This document shows positions 1-10,273 of a stretch of DNA of 64,000 bases, in pieces. The position numbers and the translations under genes were made by a program. The notes below the pieces were generated by a model. That model did no database searches and had not been told where the DNA came from. It worked only from the letters and a program-made list of their open reading frames with translations. The stretch is from an uncultured Alphaproteobacteria bacterium. GTDB lineage: Bacteria; Pseudomonadota; Alphaproteobacteria; RF32; CAG-239. The DNA lies in contig CALYAW010000008.1 in assembly GCA_944393685.1 (NCBI GenBank), positions 772 to 64,771 on the forward strand, in the 5' to 3' direction. Positions within the stretch are counted from its first letter, which is position 1; each line of letters begins with the position of its first letter.

Positions 1-99
1 ACATTTAACCCCGACACACTTATTCTAGTTACAGGCCAAATTGATAAGAACGGTGACATAACGCAACTGGATGTAACCGAGATTCAAGAAGCACAATAA
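1..99 (+). CDS. 3' end of a gene, possibly a YgiW/YdeI-like OB-fold protein (partial)
   Basis: Frame 1 reads TFNPDTLILVTGQIDKNGDITQLDVTEIQEAQ*, resembling the BOF-family C-terminus; a terminator hairpin follows. Confidence 0.4.
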   Translation, partial: TFNPDTLILVTGQIDKNGDITQLDVTEIQEAQ

Positions 100-115
100 C
101 ATTTTAGTTTTCAGC

Positions 116-149
116 AAGGCTTCCTTCAAAAAGGAAGTCTTATTTTTTT
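116..149 (+). terminator. Rho-independent terminator
   Basis: aaggcttcctt-caaa-aaggaagtctt followed by a T-run. Confidence 0.65.
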
Positions 150-228
150 ATATTTTAACCTAAAATTAAAACATCTTTATTTATAATTTAGCAAGATTTA
201 GAATAAATTTTAGTTAGGACAGAGAATT

Positions 229-1005
229 ATGGAAAAGTCTACTTTTATCGGTTTTATTGGTGGTATCGCAGCAGTTGGTGTTGGTATGGCTCTTAAAGGC
301 GCAGACCCACACGCTCTTATTAATCCGGCAGCATTCTTAATCATCTTTGCAGGAACTGCAGCAGCAATATTTAATGCCTTTCCGATGAAAGAGCTCAAAA
401 AATTTCCAACACTATTAAAAATTATATTTTTTGGAAAAAATTTTACCTCAAAACAAGAAATTCTTGAATTGTTTGTTAGTGTTGCAAAATCAGCCAAACA
501 AGAAGGTGTTATGGCAATTGAAAAAAGAGCCAACGAAATTTCTGATCCTTTCATCAGAGCTACCATGACCATGGTCGCTGATGGTTTCAACGGAGAATTT
601 ATCAACAGCGTTGTTGATGCGGAAATAAAACAAATGGAAGAGCGTCATCGTTCTGGAGCACAAATATTTGCTCAATGCGGTATGTATGCTCCCACTTTGG
701 GTGTTCTTGGAGCTGTTATAGGTTTGATTGCAGCACTGGGTAGCCTAAGCGATATAGATCAACTTGGTCATTCTATTGCCGCAGCTTTCGTTGCAACGCT
801 TCTGGGTATTTTTACTGGTTATGTATGTTGGCACCCGTTTGCAAACAAATTAAAACAAATTAACGCCGAAGAAGTAGAAATGCGTAAAATGGTTTTGGAA
901 GGCGCTCTAGCCTTACAAGAAGGAGCATCATCTATTGCCATGGAAACAAGATTACAGGCTTTTATCCCGCAATCAGAACGGAAATCCCTAAGAGATAGAG
1001 AATAA
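229..1005 (+). CDS. motA: Flagellar-type stator protein MotA
   Basis: N-terminal TM with NPAAFLII, motifs APTLGVLGAVIGLI and AAFVATLLG; directly upstream of motB. Confidence 0.92.
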   Translation: MEKSTFIGFIGGIAAVGVGMALKGADPHALINPAAFLIIFAGTAAAIFNAFPMKELKKFPTLLKIIFFGKNFTSKQEILELFVSVAKSAKQEGVMAIEKRANEISDPFIRATMTMVADGFNGEFINSVVDAEIKQMEERHRSGAQIFAQCGMYAPTLGVLGAVIGLIAALGSLSDIDQLGHSIAAAFVATLLGIFTGYVCWHPFANKLKQINAEEVEMRKMVLEGALALQEGASSIAMETRLQAFIPQSERKSLRDRE

Positions 1006-1016
1006 GGTAAACACAC

Positions 1017-1694
1017 ATGGGAAAAATGGTTAAGAAAAAACCCGCACACCCGATGCACGAAGATCATCCTGATGAAACATGGTTAATTCCGTATTCGGAT
1101 TTATTGACTTTGCTTTTAGCCCTATTTATTGTTCTTTTTGCATCTTCAAGTCTTGATAAGAATAAAGCCGCTCAAATACAATATGCCTTAGCAGCAGCTT
1201 TCAGCAACACAACAATAGATACCTCAGACAGCAGCATCATAAGTTTTCTAAACGATGCTAAAGATTTGCAATTAGAAGAAGACGGCGTTATTATATCATC
1301 AGATTCACAAGGTGCCACCTTAGAAATGACCTCTATGAATCTGTTTGATAAAGGAAGCGCGAATATCAAGGCCTCGGCAATTCCTGTAATAAAGAAAATA
1401 TCACGCCTTTTAGATTCGAACAAATACAAACGTTTTCGCATTGTTGTAGAAGGTCATACCGACGATACCAGAGAATCTCAGATTGCAGAATTTCCCTCCA
1501 ACTGGGAACTCTCCGGAGCACGTGCCGGAGCCGTAGTACGGACAATGCTCTCAAACGGCATGGAAGACAGCCGCTTTAAAGCTGTTGGTTTAGCAGGTAT
1601 TTCCCCCGCATATCCCAACCTCAACCCATATGGCGAGCCGATTCCTGAAAATCGCATCAAAAACCGTCGCGTTATAATTCGTATTGAGCTGTAA
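1017..1694 (+). CDS. motB: Stator protein MotB (OmpA-like C-terminal domain)
   Basis: WLIPYSDLLTLLLALFIVLFA with the conserved Asp; VEGHTD, SNWELSGARA, NRRV. Confidence 0.92.
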   Translation: MGKMVKKKPAHPMHEDHPDETWLIPYSDLLTLLLALFIVLFASSSLDKNKAAQIQYALAAAFSNTTIDTSDSSIISFLNDAKDLQLEEDGVIISSDSQGATLEMTSMNLFDKGSANIKASAIPVIKKISRLLDSNKYKRFRIVVEGHTDDTRESQIAEFPSNWELSGARAGAVVRTMLSNGMEDSRFKAVGLAGISPAYPNLNPYGEPIPENRIKNRRVIIRIEL

Positions 1695-1696
1695 TA

Positions 1697-2659
1697 ATGG
1701 ATCCAATCAACAATTTATTATCTCACCCGCTAATTGTATCAACACCAATAATGTGGATGATATTTGGATTAATCGTATTTACGATTTTGTTTTTGGATTT
1801 ATTTGTATTTCATAAAAAATCAGAGGAACCTTCTTTCAAAGACTCTTTAACAGCCTGTATTGGCTATATGGTCGTAGCAGCCTTATTTGGTCTTTTTGTC
1901 ATCTACGAAAAAGGTTTGGATACCGGCATGTTATTTTACACCGGATACTTGGTTGAGTTTAGTCTATCCATGGACAATATTTTTGTAATTTCCTTGGTAT
2001 TTAGCAGCTTATCCATTCCCGGAAAATATCAGCACCGAGTACTGTTTTGGGGCATCATCGGAGCAATAATCATGCGAGCTGTAATGATTCTGCTCGGAGA
2101 AAGTCTGGTAAGCAATTTCCACTGGGTACTATATGTATTTTCTGTTTTTCTTATATACACAGGAACACATATGCTAATTATTCGGGAGCAACAAGAAGAC
2201 TTAACAGAATCCCCCCTATTTCGTTTTGTCGAGCAAAGGATTCGTGTAACCAGAAAATTGCATGAAGAGCACTTTTTTGTAAAACTTCGCGGCAAGCATT
2301 ATATGACGCCATTATTTTTCGCTCTAATTGTTATTGAACTAATGGATGTTATTTTTGCAGTAGATAGTATTCCAGCTATTTTTCTTATAACACAAGATTT
2401 GTTTGTAGTTTATACCAGCAATATTTTTGCAATTTTAGGTCTTCGTTCTCTTTACTTTTTGCTAGCAGCAGCGGTTAATCGTTTTATATATTTAAAACCG
2501 GCCTTGGCAATTATTTTAATATTTATAGGAAGCAAAATTTTTCTCCCTTATTTAGGAATAAGAATTGAAGCTTGGCACTCGCTACTAATAACATTTACCC
2601 TTATTGGCGGCGGAATTATATGCTCATTTCTCAAAAGCCAAAAAACAGTCCAAAACTAA
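1697..2659 (+). CDS. TerC/Alx family membrane protein
   Basis: GYLVEFSLSMDNIFV, QHRVLFWGI, DVIFAVDSIPA, SNIFAILGLRSLYF. Confidence 0.92.
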   Translation: MDPINNLLSHPLIVSTPIMWMIFGLIVFTILFLDLFVFHKKSEEPSFKDSLTACIGYMVVAALFGLFVIYEKGLDTGMLFYTGYLVEFSLSMDNIFVISLVFSSLSIPGKYQHRVLFWGIIGAIIMRAVMILLGESLVSNFHWVLYVFSVFLIYTGTHMLIIREQQEDLTESPLFRFVEQRIRVTRKLHEEHFFVKLRGKHYMTPLFFALIVIELMDVIFAVDSIPAIFLITQDLFVVYTSNIFAILGLRSLYFLLAAAVNRFIYLKPALAIILIFIGSKIFLPYLGIRIEAWHSLLITFTLIGGGIICSFLKSQKTVQN

Positions 2660-2731
2660 TCAATTTTACTATACATTAAAAAATAAGGAGCTAATATCTA
2701 AGTATAGATAAAAAAACAAGAAGGAGCTCCT

Positions 2732-3886
2732 ATGAATTCTGCGATTTGTTTCCATAATGCTACAATTTTAACCGGTTTAAGCATTATGCGAAATTGCGCT
2801 GTCTATATTAAAGAAGGTAAAATTATAGACGTTTACAACGAACAAAGATTCAAGAACAAAAAATTCAATCCCCACGTAAACATAATAGATGCCCAAGGAG
2901 CTTACATTCTTCCCGGATTTATTGACTCTCATATTCACGGGATTGGCGGTTTTAGTGTTGATGACTGTTCGGAAAAATCTATTCTGAGGATGTCTGATGT
3001 TCTTGCCTCTTATGGCGTTACATCTTTTATTCCCACATGCGGAGCAGCTCCGATTGAAATTATGCTCAAAAGAATAAAAGCAATTATCAAAGCAATGGGC
3101 AAAGAAAAAGGCGCCAAGATATTAGGAATTCATCTTGAAGGCCCCTTTTTATCACCGGAGCGAGCCGGAGGACAAACGACTGACGGCATTTATCCGGTAG
3201 ACATAGACATGATGAAAAAGCTATGGAAGACATCCAAAGGTCGCATTATAAACATGACAGTAGCTCCAGAGCTTAAAGGCATGAGAGAACTAGCCCTTGA
3301 ATGCAACAAATTAGGCATTATTCTCCAAGCTGGACACACCAATGCAACCTACAACCAAATGATAGAAGGAATGCAAGCCAACATCATGCATGTCACCCAT
3401 TTATTCAATGCCATGCGTCCCATGCATCATCGAGAGCCAGGGGTTGTCGGCGCCGCTCTTATCCATCCAGAGATCTCATGTGAAATCATAGGAGACGGTA
3501 TTCACGTTAACCCCAACCTTATCCAACTTCTCTTAAAGAGCAAACCCTTAAGCCAAATAGTATTAATAACAGATGCTTTCAAACTTGCAAAAACAGATTT
3601 ATTGGAAGATTCTGAATTTTATCTTGATAAGTGTTTCTATCGCAAAAGAGATAACGTCATTATCGGCTCAGCCATTTCAATGTTAGACGGTTTTCGCAAT
3701 CTTATTGACTATGGAGTGTCAATAGAAAAAGCAGTACGTATGGCATGCACCAACCCAGCTCAAATAATGAAGCAAAAAAACAAAGGATTACTTTTGCCTG
3801 GTTATGATGCAGATTTAATCATGTTAGACCAAAATTTACAATTACGGCAAACAATTATAGACGGAAAATTTATTAAGGAGAATTAA
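2732..3886 (+). CDS. nagA: N-acetylglucosamine-6-phosphate deacetylase
   Basis: PGFIDSHIHG, HLEGPF, THLFNAM, DGIHV; adjacent to nagB. Confidence 0.93.
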   Translation: MNSAICFHNATILTGLSIMRNCAVYIKEGKIIDVYNEQRFKNKKFNPHVNIIDAQGAYILPGFIDSHIHGIGGFSVDDCSEKSILRMSDVLASYGVTSFIPTCGAAPIEIMLKRIKAIIKAMGKEKGAKILGIHLEGPFLSPERAGGQTTDGIYPVDIDMMKKLWKTSKGRIINMTVAPELKGMRELALECNKLGIILQAGHTNATYNQMIEGMQANIMHVTHLFNAMRPMHHREPGVVGAALIHPEISCEIIGDGIHVNPNLIQLLLKSKPLSQIVLITDAFKLAKTDLLEDSEFYLDKCFYRKRDNVIIGSAISMLDGFRNLIDYGVSIEKAVRMACTNPAQIMKQKNKGLLLPGYDADLIMLDQNLQLRQTIIDGKFIKEN

Positions 3887-3887
3887 A

Positions 3888-4691
3888 ATGCGTCTGATTA
3901 TCCAAAACAACTACTCCGAATGCTCTAAATGGGCTGCCAACTATGTTGCATACAAAATTAAAGCCTTCCGCCCGACGGCAAAAAAACCATTTGTTTTGGG
4001 ATTAGCAACAGGCTCTTCTCCTTTAGGCATGTATGAAGAACTTATTCAGATGTACAAGACAGGAAAGCTCTCATTTGCCAATGTTGTGACATTCAATATG
4101 GATGAATACATAGGTCTAGGCCCCAATGATGCCCAAAGTTATTATAACTATATGTATCAAAACTTTTTCAATCACATAGATATTCCCAAAGCCAACATTC
4201 ACCTTCTTAATGGTCTGACCAAAGACTATCTCAAAGAATGTGAAAATTATGAAGATACAATTCGCCGCTATGGCAAAATACATCTACAAATCGGCGGAGT
4301 AGGATCAGACGGACACATCGCTTTTAATGAACCAGGTTCATCATTAAGTTCCCGCACACGCGTCAAAACTTTAACAACCGAAACAATTGAGGCCAACTCA
4401 CGCTTTTTTGGCGGAGACATGAGCAAAGTTCCGACTACGGTTTTGACCATGGGAATAGGAACCATTATGGATGCCGAAGAAGTTTTGATAATTGCCACCG
4501 GCGATAAAAAGGCGCGTGCCATACACCATGCGGTTGAAGGAAGCATCAACCATATGTGGCCGATAAGTATCTTGCAAATGCATCAACACGGAATTATAGT
4601 TTGCGATGAACCGGCTACAAATGAGCTAAAAGCGGACACCGTACGCTATTTCAAAGACATAGAAAATCAACTACGTCCAAAAATTAAATAA
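3888..4691 (+). CDS. nagB: Glucosamine-6-phosphate deaminase
   Basis: VLGLATGSSP, FNMDEY, GHIAFNEPGSS. Confidence 0.95.
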   Translation: MRLIIQNNYSECSKWAANYVAYKIKAFRPTAKKPFVLGLATGSSPLGMYEELIQMYKTGKLSFANVVTFNMDEYIGLGPNDAQSYYNYMYQNFFNHIDIPKANIHLLNGLTKDYLKECENYEDTIRRYGKIHLQIGGVGSDGHIAFNEPGSSLSSRTRVKTLTTETIEANSRFFGGDMSKVPTTVLTMGIGTIMDAEEVLIIATGDKKARAIHHAVEGSINHMWPISILQMHQHGIIVCDEPATNELKADTVRYFKDIENQLRPKIK

Positions 4692-4759
4692 ATTTTTTGA
4701 CAAACGCCGATTATGGCGCTAGATTAATTATATCTAACCGAGACAAAAGGATTAAGGCT

Positions 4760-5596
4760 ATGTTTACGTTGATAAAAGATTCTTATAAAATGTACTTAAA
4801 GAGCTTCCCTATTATCTTGCTCTTTGCAGTTCCGTTACTTTTTCTTTCAGGAATTGCCTCATGGATAGAAAACTCCGAAATTTTAAGTAATGGAATGTTG
4901 TATTTTTATTATGCAACTTTCATTTTAATTCCGATAATAAGTGTCGCGACAGATATTGCCTTATATCGTCGTTTTTTTGGCTTCTCGATAATTAATCCTT
5001 TCAGCAGCCTAAAGCCATTCATTATCTATCTTGTCACACAATTGGCTCTGGGGCTGGTAGCTTCTGCCCCCATAATCCTTTTTCGCTATATATTTGACAT
5101 GTTCGGTATGCCCAACCTACCGGCATTCATTTTAGCAATCTTTCTCGACTTATTTATTGGTATTTATCTTCTGGCTCGTTTCAGCATTTTATTCCCGTTG
5201 ATTGTCCAAAATAAAGTACCAAGTTTAAAAGAATTTTCGCAATACACAGCCAAACCCTATAAAGAATGGATGATGGTAGCCTTTCTTGTTTATATGCCTT
5301 ACGTTATCTTTAACTATGTTATTTCCTGCCCGTTTTTAAATATTTTGGTTGTTAATCTGTTTGCTTTCGTATTTATTTGCTTTAACATTAAATATACGGA
5401 AAAATTTCGTGTTCCAACCACAAAAGCAGCAGCATCAGCACTAAAAAAAGCTCCTGTTGCACAAAATGATTCCAACAAAAAAGAAGTAAATATTATTTCT
5501 GCCAAAGCATCAACAAGAAAAATATCTTCAAAAAAGACAGGGATGTCGCGGACCAAAAGCACAACCAGCAAGTCTACGACGAAAAAGCCCAAATAA
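4760..5596 (+). CDS. Hypothetical multi-pass membrane protein with K/S/T-rich basic tail
   Basis: Several hydrophobic segments; start moved to ATG 4760 after AAGGA. Confidence 0.7.
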   Translation: MFTLIKDSYKMYLKSFPIILLFAVPLLFLSGIASWIENSEILSNGMLYFYYATFILIPIISVATDIALYRRFFGFSIINPFSSLKPFIIYLVTQLALGLVASAPIILFRYIFDMFGMPNLPAFILAIFLDLFIGIYLLARFSILFPLIVQNKVPSLKEFSQYTAKPYKEWMMVAFLVYMPYVIFNYVISCPFLNILVVNLFAFVFICFNIKYTEKFRVPTTKAAASALKKAPVAQNDSNKKEVNIISAKASTRKISSKKTGMSRTKSTTSKSTTKKPK

Positions 5597-5613
5597 CTTT
5601 TTTTAATCAAATG

Positions 5614-5649
5614 AGCAGGCTATGACAAATTGTCATAGCCTGCTTTTTT
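5614..5649 (+). terminator. Rho-independent terminator
   Basis: Perfect inverted repeat agcaggctatgacaa/ttgtcatagcctgct plus T-run. Confidence 0.8.
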
Positions 5650-5691
5650 ATAAATAAAATTTATTTTGTCAAAGAGACGCTTGATTTGTTG

Positions 5692-5720
5692 TTGACACAT
5701 TATGAAAAATGTCCGATAAT
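5692..5720 (+). promoter_or_regulatory. sigma70-type promoter of the Cys-rich gene
   Basis: TTGACA-N17-GATAAT, 40 nt upstream of ATG 5761. Confidence 0.65.
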
Positions 5721-5760
5721 AAAATAAATATCAATTTAGCTCTTTTGAGGATGTTTCATA

Positions 5761-6549
5761 ATGTCTTATCAATCTTTATCTTATCTCTTTCTATCCTCTG
5801 CCGCCGTTTTGTTGGTCACTGCGGCAGAGACCTCCGCTCAAACATGCACAACTGCACCTTCTTGCAGCGAGCTCGGATATACAAAATCTGCCTCACAATG
5901 TTCCGGCAAACATACTCTTAAGTGTCCTTTCGATAGTACAAAAGTTTCTTGCGAAGACAATGTTATCATCTCTTGTGATTCTCTTGGCTTTACCGACACC
6001 GTCTCCGAATGCCCAGGAGAATACGTCAAATGCCCGACTGATGCAACCAAAGGAAAATGTATCATGGAGGCTCGTGCAGGAGATTTAAAATATTCTCTCA
6101 AAGGTCAAAATCACAATGGTTGGTTATTATGCAACGGCTCCTATTATGACAAAACAAAATACGCGGAATTATATGCAGCCATCAGTACAAAATTTGGCAG
6201 TTCCGGAAATAAATTTCGAGTTCCCTACTATTCTAATTATTTCTTCAAGGGTGCCGCGAGTAGCTTTACCGGTTCAAATATGCCCTCAAGTTTTACAACA
6301 TATCAACAGGCTGGCTTGCCCAACATAACTGGAACCATCCATGTTGGAAGAAGCGAAAACTCTTGGGCCGGAGCTTTCAGAAAACCTCAACAAAGCGGAG
6401 GATATTCTAGTCACCACGATGCACGTGACGGAGGATATTACACATTTGACGCTTCTCTTTCTAACTCAATTTATGGACGTTCATCCACTGTCACTCCGCA
6501 AAACTATTCCGTTAATGTCTTTATTTATGCAGGAAAAATAAAACCATAA
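5761..6549 (+). CDS. Secreted Cys-rich protein with phage tail-collar and tail-fibre-tip module
   Basis: Signal-peptide-like N-terminus; CSELGY/CPFD repeats; collar motif GWLLCNG..Y....YAELY; QAGLPNI...DAS..NSIYGRSSTVTP. Confidence 0.75.
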   Translation: MSYQSLSYLFLSSAAVLLVTAAETSAQTCTTAPSCSELGYTKSASQCSGKHTLKCPFDSTKVSCEDNVIISCDSLGFTDTVSECPGEYVKCPTDATKGKCIMEARAGDLKYSLKGQNHNGWLLCNGSYYDKTKYAELYAAISTKFGSSGNKFRVPYYSNYFFKGAASSFTGSNMPSSFTTYQQAGLPNITGTIHVGRSENSWAGAFRKPQQSGGYSSHHDARDGGYYTFDASLSNSIYGRSSTVTPQNYSVNVFIYAGKIKP

Positions 6550-6570
6550 ATTAAAATTATATACTCAACT

Positions 6571-6600
6571 AAAAAAAGCCTGTCAAAACAGGCTTTTTTT
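6571..6600 (+). terminator. Rho-independent terminator (bidirectional form)
   Basis: A7-gcctgt-caaa-acaggc-T7. Confidence 0.7.
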
Positions 6601-6689
6601 ATTCTATAACAGAGATAAAACATAAAATATATCCACCTAAAAAAGAAATACCACCTGTTTCCAGATGGTATTTCTTTTAAGAAAAAAAA

Positions 6690-9080
6690 CTATGCTTGAC
6701 GCAGCTCTGCTCCGTACTTATTTTTAAGAGCTTGAGCAACCTTTTGCATCAAAATCTCTATATCTTGATCACTAAAGGTATTCTCCAAAGGCTGAAATGT
6801 TACCGACAGAGCCAAAGACTTCTTCCCTTCCGGCAAATTCTCGCCCTCATAGACATCAAACACCCGAACATCTACAATATGAGAACGATCGGCGTTTCTC
6901 GCTGCGGCAATTACATCAGCAGCCTTAACATTCTTATCCATCACAAAAGCCAAATCTTTATCCACCGATTGGAAAGATGAAAGTTCTAGCTTTTTCTTCG
7001 CCTTATCGTTGTTCTGGCGAGGCGTCGGTAAATTGGTCAAAATCACCTCAAAAGCACATACTCTTTGCTTAAGACCAAATTTTTTAATAATCAATGGGTG
7101 CAGTTCACCAAAATAAGCAATAACATTTTTTCCCAAACGTAAAGCGCCGCTTCTTCCGGGATGATAATATTCCGGGGCATCAAGACTAATCTGAGCACTC
7201 TCAAAAGGACCATTTGCAGCTGCAATTGACGCCAGAGCATCTGCTTTAACATCAAAGACATCAAATCCTCTTTGGTCATTAAGCCAATGTTTCTTAGAGG
7301 TCATTCCGGATCTAATTCCCGCAGCAACCAAGGATTGTTCTCCGGGTTTACGCCCATAAAATTCCGGTCCTACCTCAAACAATGAGACATTGGTATAACC
7401 ACGAGCAATGTTGTTTTTCAAGCCCAATAACAGATTGGGCAATAACGACGGGCGCATTTCATCAAGTTCAGCTGTAATTGGATTACACAATGCGACAGCC
7501 TCATTCCCTTTTCGAAAATCTTTAGCCAACGCTGAATCGGTAAAACTCCATGTAACCGTTTCTAACAAGCCGCGAGAGGCCAATTCATGTCGAACAGTCA
7601 CAATACGACGTTGCTCTGCAGATAAGGTTTGTATCGGAAAATAATCACGAGGCATAGATTCAGCCGGAATATTATCCAATCCTACCATACGCACAACCTC
7701 TTCTATCAAATCGTGCTCACCTTCTATATCTCCGCGCCAAGTAGGTGTCGTTGCATAAATTTTATCAGCCTCGACCCTCGTCTCAAACCCCAAACGGGTC
7801 AAAATCTCAATAATTTTTTCTTTAGAGACATCAATTCCGATAAAGGTTTTAAGTCTCTCTGGACGAATGAAAGTTGTCACCGGTTGATAATTTTCATCAC
7901 CGGCAATTTCCAATTCCGATACTTCGCCGCCACAAATATCCGTAATCAATTGAGTAGCATAGTCAGAGCCCAAGACATTTGATTTTGGATCGACCCAACG
8001 TTCATAACGATACCTAGAATCTGAATCTATTTGAAATTTACGTCCTGTCCGAGCAATACAAACAGGATTAAATAAAGCACACTCCAAAAAGACATTCGTC
8101 GTATCAGCTGAACAACCCTTGGCCTCGCCACCCATAATACCGCCCAAACATTGTATCCCTTCATCATCACAAATACCAAGAGAGAGATTATCTAGATGAT
8201 ACTCTTTTTCTTCCAAAGATACAAATTTTTCGCCTTCATGAGCCATGCGAACACAAATATCACCAACCAATTTATCCGCATCAAAAACATGTAAGGGGCG
8301 TGCCATATCATAATTAATATAGTTTGTAACATCAACCAACGGCGAAATAGAACGCAACCCAATAGCATTCAGACGATCTCTCATCCATTTAGGGGTTTCA
8401 ACTTTATTATTAACGCCTCTAATATAACGACCGACATAAACAGGACAGGCATCAAAATCTTCAACTTTAACTTTAACTGGAGATTTGAATGAGCTGTTTT
8501 TTCTTATAATATTCAAGGGCTTAAGTTTTCCGAGTCCAGCGGCGGCCAAGTCCCTAGCTACACCGCGCACCCCCAAACACTCAGCTCTGTTAGGCGTAAT
8601 AGAAATATCAAACACCGGATCAAGTGCCATAATTTTACTGACAGGAACTCCAATTTCAGTATTCTCCGGCAGAGAAATAATCCCGCTATGGTCTTCACCA
8701 ATGCCAATCTCTTTTTCCGAGCACATCATACCATAACTCTCAACTCCTCTAATTTTTCCTATCTCTATTTTTTCGCCAAAAGCAGGTATCAACGTCCCCA
8801 CATGAGCCAAAACACCAACCATACCAAGTTTAACGTTAGGAGCGCCACAAACGATTTGCAAAATTTGCTTTCCATCATTAACTTTTAATATATGTAAATG
8901 ATCTGAATCTGGGTGGTCTTGCAAATCTTCAACTTTTGCTGTAACAAAGTTTTCTAATCCTTTGGCGGGGTTTGTAATTTCCTCTACTTCAAGACCAATT
9001 TTTGTCAGTGTCTCGGCAATTTCATCCACCTTTGCATCAGTATCCAAATGCTCTTTTAACCAAGATAACGTAAATTTCAT
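6690..9080 (-). CDS. pheT: Phenylalanine-tRNA ligase beta subunit
   Basis: MKFTLSWL, VCGAPN, ITPNRAECL, C-terminal FDX-ACB domain; follows pheS. Confidence 0.97.
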   Translation of the reverse strand: MKFTLSWLKEHLDTDAKVDEIAETLTKIGLEVEEITNPAKGLENFVTAKVEDLQDHPDSDHLHILKVNDGKQILQIVCGAPNVKLGMVGVLAHVGTLIPAFGEKIEIGKIRGVESYGMMCSEKEIGIGEDHSGIISLPENTEIGVPVSKIMALDPVFDISITPNRAECLGVRGVARDLAAAGLGKLKPLNIIRKNSSFKSPVKVKVEDFDACPVYVGRYIRGVNNKVETPKWMRDRLNAIGLRSISPLVDVTNYINYDMARPLHVFDADKLVGDICVRMAHEGEKFVSLEEKEYHLDNLSLGICDDEGIQCLGGIMGGEAKGCSADTTNVFLECALFNPVCIARTGRKFQIDSDSRYRYERWVDPKSNVLGSDYATQLITDICGGEVSELEIAGDENYQPVTTFIRPERLKTFIGIDVSKEKIIEILTRLGFETRVEADKIYATTPTWRGDIEGEHDLIEEVVRMVGLDNIPAESMPRDYFPIQTLSAEQRRIVTVRHELASRGLLETVTWSFTDSALAKDFRKGNEAVALCNPITAELDEMRPSLLPNLLLGLKNNIARGYTNVSLFEVGPEFYGRKPGEQSLVAAGIRSGMTSKKHWLNDQRGFDVFDVKADALASIAAANGPFESAQISLDAPEYYHPGRSGALRLGKNVIAYFGELHPLIIKKFGLKQRVCAFEVILTNLPTPRQNNDKAKKKLELSSFQSVDKDLAFVMDKNVKAADVIAAARNADRSHIVDVRVFDVYEGENLPEGKKSLALSVTFQPLENTFSDQDIEILMQKVAQALKNKYGAELRQA

Positions 9081-9089
9081 TTTTCTCTC

Positions 9090-10193
9090 CTATCTTGCCA
9101 ATCCACCGTTATTACTCAAGCCTCCTGTCATAGAAGACTCATCCAGCGGCATAAAACCATAATGTTTCAACCAACGAACATCAGATTCAAAAAATGTTCG
9201 CAAATCAGGAATACCATATTTAAGCATAGCCAAACGATCCAAACCAAGACCAAAAGCAAACCCCTGATACTCATCAGGATCAATTCCACATGCTTTCAAA
9301 ACATTCGGATGTACCATTCCACATCCCAAAATTTCCAACCAATCATCTCCGGCACCAATTTTGAGCTCAGCCTTTGTTTTTTTACATCCAATATCCATTT
9401 CAGCAGACGGCTCCGTAAAAGGAAAATAAGATGGACGATAACGAACCGGCAATTCATCCAACTCAAAAAACGCTTTTACAAAATCATACAAACACCCTTT
9501 CAAATTTGCAAACGTTGTTGTTTTATCAACTACCAAACCCTCAACTTGGTGGAACATCGGGGTATGTGTAGCATCATAATCCGAACGATAAGTGCGTCCC
9601 GGTGCAATAATGCGAATTGGCGGCTGTTTCTTTTCCATAGTCCGAATTTGCACGGCAGACGTCTGCGTCCGAACAACGTAACTATCATCAAAATTCTCAC
9701 TTTCTGGATTTGGAATATAAAAAGTATCTTGCATCTGACGAGCGGGATGATTAGCTGGTGTATTTAAGGCATTAAAATTGTGAAATTGATCTTCAATATC
9801 AGGACCCTCAGCAACCTCAAATCCCATTTCGCCAAAGATAGCAACAACCTCCTCATAAATTTTAGAAACAGGATGAATCCTGCCCTGAACTTCCGGACGG
9901 ATAGGCAATGTTACATCTATTTTCTCTTGAACTAAACGAGCATCTAATTCAGCTTTTTCAAGTTTTTCTTTTTGTTCTTCCAAAGCACGTTCAATCTCTG
10001 TTTTCAAAATATTCAATACCTTGCCCGTTTCTTTTTTTTCTTCCAAAGAAAGTGCTCCGAGATTTTTCATCATTTCCGTAATCCGCCCTTTTTTTCCCAA
10101 AGCAGATATACGCACTTCTTCAAGCGCTTTTATATCTTTAGCGCCAACAATTTCAGATAAAAGCTGAACTTTCAGATTTTCAATATTTTCCAT
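9090..10193 (-). CDS. pheS: Phenylalanine-tRNA ligase alpha subunit
   Basis: HPARQMQDTF, HTPMFHQVEG, YFPFTEPS, GCGMVHP; start moved to ATG 10193. Confidence 0.97.
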   Translation of the reverse strand: MENIENLKVQLLSEIVGAKDIKALEEVRISALGKKGRITEMMKNLGALSLEEKKETGKVLNILKTEIERALEEQKEKLEKAELDARLVQEKIDVTLPIRPEVQGRIHPVSKIYEEVVAIFGEMGFEVAEGPDIEDQFHNFNALNTPANHPARQMQDTFYIPNPESENFDDSYVVRTQTSAVQIRTMEKKQPPIRIIAPGRTYRSDYDATHTPMFHQVEGLVVDKTTTFANLKGCLYDFVKAFFELDELPVRYRPSYFPFTEPSAEMDIGCKKTKAELKIGAGDDWLEILGCGMVHPNVLKACGIDPDEYQGFAFGLGLDRLAMLKYGIPDLRTFFESDVRWLKHYGFMPLDESSMTGGLSNNGGLAR

Positions 10194-10273
10194 TTTTCCA
10201 CCATAATTTAAAATGTAAAAGAGTCCAACCTGATTTCTCAAGCAGACTCTTCATACATGATTGATTTTGATAA

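Noticed and set aside
229-1694. Zorya ZorAB defence motor
   Set aside because: MotA is standard length with no long cytoplasmic tail, and there are no zorC/D/E neighbours
5761-6549. Prophage remnant
   Set aside because: The tail-collar gene has a signal peptide, its own promoter and terminator, and only non-phage neighbours
9162-9767. 201-aa antisense ORF and similar shadow ORFs throughout the window
   Set aside because: They lie opposite or inside well-supported genes and show no recognisable motifs
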